Positions 13,701 to 26,700 of a DNA stretch of 64,000 nucleotides are shown here, piece after piece (the first letter of the stretch is position 1; each line of letters starts with the position of its first letter). The notes beneath the pieces are model-generated. The model did no database searches and was not told where the DNA came from. It worked only from the letters and a program-made list of their open reading frames with translations. Both the position numbers and the translations under genes were made by a program. The DNA is from Gnetum montanum (lineage: Eukaryota > Plantae > Gnetophyta): contig MNCI01000550.1 of NCBI GenBank assembly GCA_015680685.1, positions 9,794 through 73,793 on the forward strand. Reading direction: 5' to 3'.

Positions 13701-16700
13701 TAATTATCAATATGATACCTATCTATTCTTAACCTTAATTTACAGCTTATAATTTGAACACTTTTGATGACTCGGAAGTTTAAATCTCATTCTATGCTAT
13801 ATTGCATTTAAAATTTTCAAATTTTTGCAGCCTATCACCATGCTCTCTGTAAATTGTTTTGCCTTGCAAAATTTCAAAGATGACATGTGCTAGTAGCATG
13901 CCCCAAATTTTAGTTGTACATCAGTTTTTGTTATTATATAATGGTGATTTGTATCTGCCCAAACAGCATCATTGCAGGTATACACAAGTGCAGTGCAATG
14001 TATTAATTTATCCTTGTGCATTTTACAAAATCAACAATTATTAACTATGTAGCATCCCTGTGTCATCGAGTTATCTATTTTCCAAAGTCGTCTTTCTTTG
14101 TCCATTTCGTTAAATATATGAACATTAGAAATCAGATCCATTTTTTTTAGTATAACATGCTTCTGCTAACTGGGGTAAATTTGTAACTAGCATGAGGTTT
14201 AATACAATGATCGTTTTATCCACGTATGTACTGTTTCAAGTTCTCCTTGTAATACTGATGCACCAAGAATATGTACTCCTTCTAAGAATTCTTTTGTTTG
14301 ATATTAATAGTTTGCCGACTTCATCACTTTCACCCAATATTGGATATACAATTTATCTCCAGAATTTGATTAAATAATTTGATCATCCATAGGATTACAG
14401 ATGAATGAAAATACCGATTTTTACTCTCTGCAATGAACCAAGAAAGGAGAACCTGTCAATCTGCAGTGACAGAAGAAGCAGAAGGGGACAATAATGGAGT
14501 TCAGAGAGATAATGATTGATTCTTCATAAAGAAATGATGATTATTCTCTGTTTTGATATTGAAGCTATAAAGTGTTGTTGCAAACTGGTGTGTAGTTTTG
14601 GAGGAAGAGCGATGATTATCTGATCAACTTTTGTATCAGTAGAGACAGCAGAAGAAAAAATATATGGTATGAACAAGGAGGAGAAGTAGAAGGAAAGAAT
14701 ATAATCCACACCTTAGAGTAATTCTATAGGGACAGTGAGTGATTGATAGAAGATATAAAAATGGAGTGTATCTGTTTAACATATCTTTATAATAATTTAT
14801 CCATTGTCAACAAATGACGATTTTGAAAAAAAATTAATTCAAAGGTATTTTCTTTCAGCATAATAGTCAACTTTCTTGTTTAAAGATCTACCAAATTTCA
14901 ACATGATATTAGATCAAGGCGTATGAACTTTGAATGGGAATAAAGAAAAGTCAGAAGAATTCAGACTGAGAAAATCAAAACCTTCAACAAATCAATGAAC
15001 CATTGGATTTGTAAGAAAATAAGTAACCAACTCAGGAATCTGGCTGGAATGATTTCTGTTCCAAATGATGATCTGCTTACAAGAACCAATTAGAGAATTG
15101 GTATATAGTATAGATCAATGACTATTGAGGAAGACCCAAGAGGGGGAATTGCCGGATGATTGAAGGAGATGATGGCTCTTCTTGTTGGGGTGAGATGGCT
15201 CCCTACATTATCATTATTAACATCATTGGCTTGGGCTTTGTTTGGCCTGGTTTCCTTGGAACCGTTGGACTCGTATACCAGCGGCATGCCTATGTTGTTT
15301 AGGTCTTCCACCTGGTTCTCCTCCATTTCTGGGGATTTTTTTGCTATCATTAAGTTTTCTCGCCAGTTCTTTTTTTCCCTGGCTGTTTCTTCCTCTGGGG
15401 CTTCTAACCATCCGTTTGGCCATCTTGTTGTCGCATAATGTGCCCTACATCGTGCTTTGGGGTTGTGCATTGGTACTGCTGCTATTACTTCATTTGCTGC
15501 CTATACCTGGGGGCTTTTGTAGCATTGTAATACAATATGAGCGCTGGTCTCTAGGGCATCCTTGAAAATGGAACACCTGGCTGGTCCTAGGACACCCTGC
15601 CTTGTTAGCATACGTAATACCCCGTGGATAACTAGAAAGACAGTATGAGAATATCTAAGGAATACTACTAAAGAGAAACAAATAGTATGCCATAGGTGTC
15701 TGGGCATAAATTCCAGTTTGTTACTTAGTCATGTTACCTAGAATTCCAAACCACAGGACTAATCATGCATATGTTTTAATATGACAAGCAGGGAACCAGT
15801 GATTGTCATGCACTAAATGAATTTTATTAATCAATAAATAACTTATATCATGCGTTCAGTGATGTTAACCAACATTTTCAACTTACCATTATAACCAGAC
15901 TTCATGCCCAAGTTAAATAGACATCAATAGCCCATCACATACTGATATAAGAAAACCTGGACATGTAACAATAGATGCAATCACAAAATACTAAGACTAG
16001 GCCTTGGGCCCTTATGATGCTAACTAAAAACCGATGTCTGCAAGCTTCTCTAGAACTTCCTCCAAACTTGCACATCTCTAGGCCCTTATGAAGGTTATGA
16101 TGCCCTTTGTTGTTGAATTTATATGTGTAAGCTAGCTAGATGTCATAGGTCAAATCTCATCCTCGGATTAAGTCCTAGACTGTCTCTCTCTAATGTCATG
16201 ACATGTTGTAATCAAGTTACCATGTAAACTCAAGTTTTTATTCTTTAACCACTAGGAGCTGGTACCTAACTGCTAATAGCCCAATTTTACCCATCTGTTG
16301 TACGGAATCGACAATGTGTTGGCTATCTACCAACCAAACTGTTGGCTATGCTCTCCAACCCTGATTGATAACGAGTGCTCTTGGTTGGCACCAGAGTCTT
16401 GACGGCGAACTCCTTTTCCGGCCCGATTGGGATATTAATGCACCCCATTGACTCACGTGTGACAGCCAACGCTGTACCATGGTCATGCTATGCCATCGCC
16501 ATGCCATGTCACCATGACATGATTTTATATTATTTTATATGCCTATTTCTTTATGCTCGTTTGGGTATTCAAAAAAAAAGTATCGTTTCTGCGCCCATTT
16601 CTTTTTTGCACTTGGGCATTCATCATATGTACTGCTGCCGAAAAAAACAAGTTAATTTTCTTTTTGCAGAGCATGTGAAGGCCAATGATCCAGCAGCAAA

Positions 16701-17752
16701 ATGCAAAGACTGTGCAGTCCTCCCAATCTCATTCATACTCATTTTTGCTGGGTTTTCCCAATCCAATTTATATTCATTTTTTCCGGGCTTTCTCTGCTCT
16801 TTTTTTTCTTATTCCCAAGACTAACATCATGAACCACCTATCACTAATTCCATGCACCACCTATCACTAGGTCAATAGTGCCTTGCGTAACTCGGCATAA
16901 GGTATTAACACTGCATATCCAAATGATATCCCATCCAAGAATGAGAAAGAGGTGTACCAAATTTCAGTATTATGCAATCCGAGGTGCAGGACAAATCTTA
17001 CATGATTTAAGGAATAACATATACATGAGCAACAAATAAAATACTAAAAATACCATGCTCCCCAACAAAATATGCCTGTAAATTTCTTAGCATTATGAAC
17101 GTTCTCAATTATTAGCATTGAGAACTAGTGCTTAATAACTTACTGAGATAAGGACCTGATATTATCATCGAAATGAACTGCAACTGGTCGATGGAAATCA
17201 GAGGTATCTAAATATCTTTTCTTCAAAATGCTAGACATGGAATCTCGCACTATTTTACATAAAAATACATATTGAGAAAAAAGAAAAGTTATAACAGCAA
17301 TAGTTATTTGATAATGTGAAGCTATGAATAAAATTAGCCACCAGTACGGCAGCTAAATTTTGCCAGATGAATATAACTTGGGAAGAAAAGATATGTATGT
17401 GCCAGCAGTTGTATCCTCGGTTCTTAATCCTTCGTTGAATTGTGTTGAAGCATGCTTATTTTGTTTTGGTCTCCTCTATCAGGGCTTCATATGAGACCAT
17501 TACCTGTTTAAAATTTTCCTCAGCAGCATCTGCATTCACATGCCAGCCATTCAGAAGTTAGAAAGCTATTCTTAAAATAATAATATAAATGGGATTGGGA
17601 AAGCCCAGCAAAAATGAATATAAATGAAATTGGGAGGCCTGCACAGTGTTTGCCTTTTGCCGCTGGATTATCGGCCTTCACATTGCTTTGCAAAAGAAAC
17701 TTAACCTGTGTTTTTTTGGCAGCAGTATGCAGGATGAATGCTCAAGCGCAAG

Positions 17753-17795
<43 letters not shown>

Positions 17796-20700
17796 AGAAG
17801 AAGAAAAGAAAAGAAAGAGCGCAAAAACAGTATTTTTTTTCCCGAATACTCAAATGGGCATAATGAAATAGGCATAGCGATGGCAGAGCATGGCGATGGT
17901 ACAGCGTTGGTTGTCACACGTGAGTCAACGGGGTGCATTAATACCCCAATTGGGCCCAAAAAGGAGTTCTCCGAGTTTTGATTACTCTGGACTACTGTTA
18001 CCTGGTCTCTCTGCTCAGAATTGACTGCCAAGGTGTCCACTCCTCTTTCACCATTGTATCCTTTGGATGGGACTTGATCAGAATACGCTTAGTCCTTTGT
18101 GACAGGCATATGTTGTTGTTGTGTGTGTTTTTGTTTTTGTTTTTTTTTTATTAATTTTTCGTTGGTGGTGAATTGTCATTTAGCTGTGGTCCCCATCCCA
18201 GCGAGTTAATCAATCCACAGGTTACCTATTATCATTCTTAATTTCACAGTTATGATTAGTCCGTTAATTGGTAGCATTGTTTTTCATGGAAATCACAATT
18301 GGTTTTAATAATTGAATCCATTTGGTGATCAGTTGTCTTTATAACATCAAGGTCACATCGTTGACATGAGTACGCATTAGTCTCAATGCCAGTGTTGCCA
18401 AAATGTAATAGGATAATCTCCACATGCACGTTTTGGTTGAAAAACTCCACTTTCATGCAGTTTCTGCCGTCCTGACATGGGTTGCCATTGCAGGATTTTA
18501 CCTCACAATGATTTGTCAAATTCTAGGTCGTGACGTAACTTACCACACTCATTTTAATGGAAAATTGCAAAAATTGAATGCACTGTTGAAATTGTGGAAC
18601 CTCGGCGGTTGTGATTCGAAATTAAAGTCATGGTGAAAGTCCCAGCGGACTGGTACAGTGACGTTGCATGCATGACTTTCTACTACCCCCAAAGAAAGTC
18701 TATAATAACAATTTATGGGGAAAATCACAAAATATCTACTACCCACATAGGGGAAAATTATTGTTTGAAAGTGGTAAAAATAAAACGACATTTTCAATTA
18801 AATTAATCAAACAGTCCCGGTACCCATGTTGGGGAAATTCAATATATGTAAAGAAAGAGAAATACGAAGAGGCCAAATTCTAGGAAAAACAATCCAAAAC
18901 AATAATCAGTGTCCTTAAGGGAAAAAATGGAAATCATAATTTCAGTGCCACAAAATGAAATAGTGCTAGCGCCCCAAAGAGACAGCACTATCAAAATGCA
19001 ATGCCAGAACTGGAGTGGTTAAAAAACATTAACACAAGCTGTTTCAAAATCTTGAGTACGGAAAGAGTGCGTAGACCTAATTAAAAGATGCAAGAACCTG
19101 AAATTGAATACAAAATGCAAAACAAGAATCAGTAGATCTGGCTTGACTTAATTATCGGGGGTGGCTCACCTGCTGCCAAAAGTGCCCAGTCTGTGCAGAC
19201 CAGTGTAAACATTTTAAACAAGCGCATTTTGTTATGGACTCATTGCCAGTAGCCAGGCCAGGCATTAAATACAGGGTTGTATTCTTGTCATTAGCAGCCG
19301 TCCTTGTCAGCTCTGCAATGCTTTATCAGCAGCACGGTGGTTTGTTCTTTGTCATTATCAGTGTCTGTCATTGTGTGGTCCTATGTTCAGTCCTTTGCAA
19401 GCTGTTTTATGTTGAAGATCTGATTCCTTTTTTCTCCTTTGCTTCTTGTTCTTCTGTAAAACTTTTTCTCCGTATTGATTTCTCTGCAAATGCTTGAATC
19501 AAGAGGTTTTCCTGCTATGCTTGGCATAGTGCCGAAATGAACTTACGGAAAAAATAAATGCTTGTGTTTCTTATATTGCATAGTGCTTTTGTTGTGTGTG
19601 TTTGATTTGTAATCATTTTTTTAACGACATTATTTAGGAAAAAAAAGGCTACAACATTTGCAGAAACAACAGTGCAGTGGTCGGTAATGTAGCAGGGAAG
19701 ACTTTGGGCAGCGGGTGAGCCTGGCTGTAGTTAAGTTGAACCGCAGATCTAATATTGCTGGGACGTCAACCAAACAAAATGTTGTAATTCTTACATGTTA
19801 AATTCTGCAGTATTTTGAAACCCTCGCTTTGAAATTGTAGGATCTAGAAAACATGGCTTCAGCAACACCTCGGCTATGCACCAACACCTTGCTTTCTCTC
19901 CCCTAATGCAAATTCCTGGCACATGTAATTGACCTGCCGGTTTGTTGATCTGTCTGTTCTTCTTCTCTTGGTCATGAACTAGGGTATGCCTGCCACATGA
20001 TGTAATTGACCTGCCTATTTGTTGATCTGTCTGTTACTCTCCTTCTCTTGGTCATGACCTAGGGTATGATTAATGTGGGTGTATTGTTGTTTATTAATAT
20101 AATTTGTTTTTGCTTGCTGGTTTTTGGTATTAGTAATTCAGTGAAGGAAACCATGGAAGAGCTATGGGAAAAGAAAGAGGCATTTAAAATTAAATAGGTT
20201 CAATAGGAAAGTTTTTCTAATTTTGGGATTCTGGCTTTCGCAATGATTAGTTCCTACCTCCTTCTAGAAGGTTCTTTTCTTTTTATTTACAAGCCTTTCT
20301 ATTTTTTTATCATCAACAATTTCTACCGCCTAGAAGGTTCTTTTCTTTTTATTTGGAAACTTGTATATTTATCAACATCAACAAAATGGGGTTGGCTAGG
20401 GTTTGTGATGAGCAAACTCCTAACCTCTTTTTGAGTGCAGGCCAGTTATAGGTGGCTGAATTGGTTAGTTCATCCTCTTGTTCCAGATCAAGTCACACTT
20501 AAAGTATCATATTCAGTATATGTCTTGGGTGTACTCAACGACGGCACCTTACCATGAACTGTTTTATTCTTTTTTTTTTAAAGTCGAATAATTAGCCTCC
20601 TATCTCCCACCTCTAATTTATTTATTTATTTTATTATCTGAGACAGCATGATAATGTTACAGCAAAAGACTTGGTATGATTTGTTTTTGCTGTCCCCATT

Positions 20701-23700
20701 GGTGCTTGGGCAATTTGTAGAGTTTATCTTTTTTTCCATGAAAATGTAATATCTGTCCAATAGCTCGTATGGGTTTTCAGCTATAATAAAGCTCCTATTT
20801 CATTTCATTATTTACTGGAGTTTGAACCTAGGATGCTGGGTAATCGGCTCATTAGTGCTAGGATGTGTGTGGAGGTTGTTTTCCCCTAACGATTTGTTGC
20901 AGGTGGTCATCTTGGACCTACCCTCTAGGGAGGTGAAATTGACTATGAAATATGAGAATGTTCCCTCGGACAAGCCAATCTTGGTGCATCATGGTGCTCC
21001 TGCTCTCACAGGGCCTTTGGATCACAAACTTCTATGGCCCTTAGGATTGGAGAGAGCGTCTACAGGAGCTTCACAAGATTGCTAGGCATGTTCTAGATTG
21101 CCATGCCTGGGTGTTGATTAGGGACTTCAATTAGTGCCTTTACGCTTGGGAAAAGATTGGGGGAGATGTTGCTCCTTTACCAGGAAGTCATGAGTTCTTG
21201 CAATATCTTAGAACTTTTGATTAGTTGATGTGGATATCAAGGGATGCCTTTTTCACTTGGAACAATAGAAGAAAAGGGCCAGATTGTGTCCTATCCAGGA
21301 TTGATAGGGTTTGGGTCAATATGAAGATCCTCCTTAACCATGAGGTCTTTGTTATGGCCATGAGCAGTGAGCGGTGAGCTTTTGATTACCATGCTATGGT
21401 CTGCATGGTTCGCAAATTGGACAAGCTAGGGTCTGTTCCATTTAGATTTGGGCAATCATGGTTGGCGAAACATTGGCTAAGAAAGTTGGTGATGGACAGC
21501 TAGGGGAATTACCCCTTGCAAGCCTACCCTTGGGATTTTCTGAAGCATGTTCTAACTTGGCTCAAAAAGGAGATATGGAGCATGCTGATGTCAGACAAAT
21601 ATTCCTTCAAGGTCTACTTTTCTGCATTCCAGCAAAGATTGCTAGATATCCAGGTTTGACAGGAAAAAGATGAATCGCTAGAGGAGGAGGAACATGAGCT
21701 TTTGATTGCTCTACAACAACTGTCAAGGGAAGAGGAGTAGTACTGGAAAGAGAGATTGCTGGTTAAGTGGCTTAGCAAGGGTGATAGGAACACTTGGTTC
21801 TTTTTTGCCATTGTGAAGGCTAATAATGAAGCCAAAAAAGATTCGAAACATCTTTTGCATGATACACACAACATTGCCCAAGAGATGTAGAAGTATTGGT
21901 TTGGTATTTGGATGGGGGGAGAACCCTCCCCTATCTTTGTCCAAATCCAAAGGATTGTTGGGGAGGAGAATAACCATAGACTCATCACCCTTATCACCAA
22001 CCATGAGTTATTTGATGCCATGGCCTCTCTCAAAGGTGCTAAGGCTCTGGGGCCAAATGGCTGGCCTATTGAGTTCTTCTACAAGCTCTCTGACATCTTG
22101 GGGAGTGATATTTTGGATGCCTTCAACCTCATGTTGAAGTGCGGGTAAGTTAGGCATGAGATCAATTGCTCATGGATTGTGCTTATCCCAAAGATCTCAA
22201 ATTCCACAGCACCAGTGCACTTAAGGTCCATTGGAGTGTGTAATACCTTAGACTGTTCACCAAAATTTTGGTTATGTGTCCACAATCCTTGATGCTGTTG
22301 TTGGTTGGTGCCCACAAGGCTAGGTTTGTTAAGGGAAGATATATCTAGGATCAGATCCTCCTCCTTTAGGAAGTCATGCATTTCATATAGAGAGTTAGGT
22401 TCCTTGATGTGTGCATCAAGCTTGATATCATTAAAGCTTATGATACTGATTATTGGAATGCCCTTTGGGACATTATGCTCATGCAGGAAATCCACCCCAA
22501 ATTTGTTGACCTTTTCATTAACCTACATGCCATAGGAGCCTACTCAATTGACATCAATGGGCAGTTGTTGGGGGTTTTCCTTCTTCTATAGGGGGCTCTG
22601 TCAAGGGGACCTTCTTTCTGCTTACCTATTTATTATTGATATGTATACTATGAATCTATATTGCAAGATAGAAGGGGTTACTTCCATCACCAAACACTAT
22701 GTGGATGACATGATCATGATGACCCAGGTTGTTGTGCCATAGGCACAAGTGATCAATAGGGCCCTTAGCAGAATGGCAAGGGAAGTTGGTGTGGAGCTTA
22801 ATCGGGGAAAGTATGTGATACACTTATTCCATATTCAGGGGGCGGTTAAAGGTAAGGTCTATTAGACGTTGGGGATTTTGCAGGGTGTGTTGTAGGACTC
22901 TTATTTGGGACTGCCCATGTTTGCATGGAATAAGTAGGTTTCTTGGACTTGGTTGGTCTAGATGCTCCAATGCCAAGTGGGGCATTGGACCTTGCATTTT
23001 CTTACAAGAAAAGGAAAGATTATTCTGGTCACCTTGGTCCTTTTTGCTATAGCTAGATTTGTTGCCTCCATTGTTGCTTCTTTGAAAGGTGTCCTTAACA
23101 AAGTAGGCCACACTATTCAAAATTTTATATGGTCAGGAGGGAAAGTTGGTGATCGTATGCATCTAGTTTGCTGGGAAAAGGTAGCTAGGTTGAAACTTGC
23201 AGGGGGTTTGGGGGTGTTGAGTTTTGAAGATGCCATCCTGATGGGGTACCAGGGGATTATAAATAGGTTTTTGCAGAATAACGGGTGTCAACCATAGTGG
23301 GTACTTATCCTAAGAAACAAATACCAACCTTGGACCATGGATTCTAGGGACTCCTACATTTGGTGGAGCCTATGCACCTATGTGCAAAGGAAAGCTTAGT
23401 GGGGGATGATGGGTGTGCTGTTGCACGAAGCTATTAAATACAAATATCCCCTTGTGCATGGTTGTTGAACCACCTGGAAAAGGTGGCTGCCAAAGAAGAT
23501 TAAATGCTTCGTTTGGCTCTTGTTTCAAGGCACGTTGCCTGTTTGTGCCTTTCCAAGGGAGTGGGGGTTACTAATTAATGCTAGCTACCCCCTTTGCAAT
23601 GCTAACACGAAAATTGTGCAACACTTTCTCTACCTTCATCCTTCTACTACTACCGTGTGGAGGGCTGCAACCATTCCCCCATTGTTGCAGTTGCATGATG

Positions 23701-26700
23701 ACTCGCTGCTTGTAGTTGTGCTCTAGTTTGTATGGAAAGCATGGAACAAATGGATTTTTCAGTCGTGGCCGCTTAAACCTCTAGTGTAGATTGTGTTGCT
23801 TGCTTGGCATCTGTGGAATGAGGCCATTGCTATGATGGGGGTTACTCCTATGAGTGCGTTGGAATGACCCGTTGCCTTTGCTGGTGGGGGACCCTGATCT
23901 CTCAAATGCTAATTTTTGCAAACGTTGGAGTGGGTACTCCACTACGTTCCACGGAGTCTGCATTGACCTTAAGAAGTTGGCCATAGTTGAGTAACTGGGG
24001 TGCATGTGGCAAGTGAGGTTGTGTTGCTAATGTGATGGGGGGTTGTAGGATATTGAGGGTTTCTTTAAGGGGCTGATGCTAAAGATTGGTAGTAGGCAAG
24101 TGCTAAATTCTGCTTCGTGGCTTTGGCAGGATGGAGTAGAGCTTGTTGAAAGGTATTTTGTGCAATCTAGTAATGCCTTGAGGTTGCAAAGGGGCTCACT
24201 TCGACTTTTTGCATTGCATGCTGTTGGAGTGCTAGGTTAGCATCTCCAAATTTTTCTTAGCTTCCTTTCGGTGGGAGTGTAGGAGGAGATATTTTGGCCT
24301 AATTTTGGCCCTTTGGAGGGCTGTGCAACTATGGGAGTTGCCTCCAACTAGGCCTTTGCCCTCCACAATTGTGTATGTATGGCGTCCACCCATCCTTGAG
24401 GGGGCTTGTTCCTCTTCTGTTCCAGTGATGTGGGAGGTTGTGGCTGATGGGTTTGATTGGCAAGAGTCTGCCACAGACCAGCTGTTGAGCTTTCACAAGA
24501 AGTTCTTGCAGGCTGAGGAAACAATTCGTAGGGAGCTTCAGGCGAAGTACGAGGAGGATCTCTTAAGGGCAACGCTGAGTTGGAAACTAGAGTGCGTGCG
24601 GAGGAGCAGGCTAGGTGGGAGGTGGAGCTACTCAAGTGGGAGCATGAAGAACATGCTAGGGTCATGTAGGAGGAACAACACCAGAAAGAAGTGGCCGAAG
24701 AGGACATGTGCTAGAGAGAGCTAATAGAGGCCATTCTTAGGAATGATTTGGAAGATCAACTGTGCATGCAGATTAGGGAAGGCCTGCTTAGGGAGGAGTA
24801 GGAATGCATAAAACGTGAAGAAGATGAGGAGGAGTAGTGGGTTCAAGCCTTGCTTGAAGAGCAGCAAATGCAGAATAGCCAAGATACTGTGCATAAGTCT
24901 AACGTGCGCCACTAGCTGAGGATGGGGAGATGTCCATACTTTATTATGGGCATCAACTAAAATGATGTCTGGGTTGCCTTGTGAAGATTCATCCGCATTA
25001 CTTCTAGCAGGCTCTATCTGGACAGGGCTAGAACCTTGGAGGTTGAGGAGCGACAATGGAGAGAAGACCAGCATAAGGATTTCTAGAAGTCTATTGCTTT
25101 TATGGCCTCTTAACACCACAAGGCCGTTTTGGAAGCTATCCATGCTCAAGTAAGGGTGTGCTGCCAATGCACTAGGCTGCCATGATCAATTTGATGGCAA
25201 CAAAGTTCATAAGATGCCATAATGGGTGTATGGTGAGGTACATCAGATTTTTGGAGTGGAGGTTTGAGAACGTGGGCACAAAAGCCCAGATGTCAAAGGT
25301 GTGTTGAGTGTCCTCGTGGGGCTGTATTGTTCTTCACCCTTTATTGCTTGCTGCTTGTTATTGCCCGTGGGGTGCTTACCCCCTGGAAAATTTTGTCCAG
25401 TTTTGCTCAGGGGGTCTTAACTCCCCGAGGGCCAAAAAAGAAGAAGAAAAAAAGAATAAAAATCCCATAGAAAGGGTTGTTGGAATCTGATGTCATTTCT
25501 GGTAGACTGTGTATGCAAGTTCCAGCTTTGCCTGCTTTTTAATGCACTAATGTCTATTGAATTTCTTTGATTTCTTTTGTTGGCAGGTATGTTGTTACCC
25601 CCTATATAGAATACCCATCTCTCCTAGGTTTGCTTTTGCGATTGCTAAATGGGGAGCTAGCCTGGTCAACTCGAAGGCAGGTTCTGAAGGTATGTACATA
25701 GTTTCCACTTTAAATTGTGATCCCTTGAAGCATCTGCATGGAAAGGATTTTTCTTAAAGGAAATAATTTGGAAATCACTAGGTACTTGGAATTATGGGTG
25801 CTTTGGATCCACACATTCACAAACGCAATCAACAATCATTACAAAGCCATGGTGACATTGGCCGGCTCACATCAGATGGTGCCCATCATATCCAGTCAAT
25901 GGAAAATTTGCCAGTGGATCTTCATCAGTCATTTCCTACATCTCAGGACTACTTCTCGACTGTATGCATTTTGTTTGCTTTATATTTTATTCATTCAAAT
26001 AATGTTTATTATAGAAAAGTAATAATTAAAACATTTGGAATACAGGTTGCGATAAATTCCTTGATGTGCATTCTTCGGGATCCATGCCTCTCCAGTTATC
26101 ATCAGAAGGTTGTTAATTCGTTAATGTTCATTTTCAAGGTAGAGTGTTTACAATCTCACTTTCATATCTATTTAGTGAACTATTGTCTCTTCTTGAAAAC
26201 TTTTTTTGGGCCTTATTTTCATATGATATTTGTTATTGATGCAGTCAATGGGACTTGCATGTGTTCGTTACCTTCCCAAGGTGTGTGTTCAAAATTATTC
26301 TTTCCTATTGCATACAGTTGTTCGTAATAAGAAAATTTTCTACCTTTCTTTATTCAATTAGTAAAGTCTTCCATGAAGCTAGTTTTTCTGAATGTTTTAC
26401 TAATAACGTATCTTAAGAATAAACCTTAATTGCGTATATGTTATTTCCATATGTACAAACGTTTCCCTTAAAGACTTGGTGTATTTCTAATACGTTTGTG
26501 TCTATATTGGTAATCTTCCTTTTCAGGTCCTTATGACTCTGTATGACATTGTTAAATACTTCACTTTTTCAATATACATGCCTTTTATAGCCTTCGGCAT
26601 TGATTAAATAATCTGTTATGAAACATTAGATGCTTTCCAGAATGGTACAGCATATATATATTTTTTCCGTATTAGATCTTCATTTTGTATTTGTCGCTTC

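Noticed and set aside
17614-18040. Poly-Lys/poly-Phe ORFs
   Set aside because: Translation of an expanded poly(A) run inside the MULE TIR
26527-26600. cag|[12 protein letters not shown] loosely resembling exon 20 (possible mutually exclusive exon relic)
   Set aside because: Similarity is very weak, it reaches a stop, and there is no matching donor
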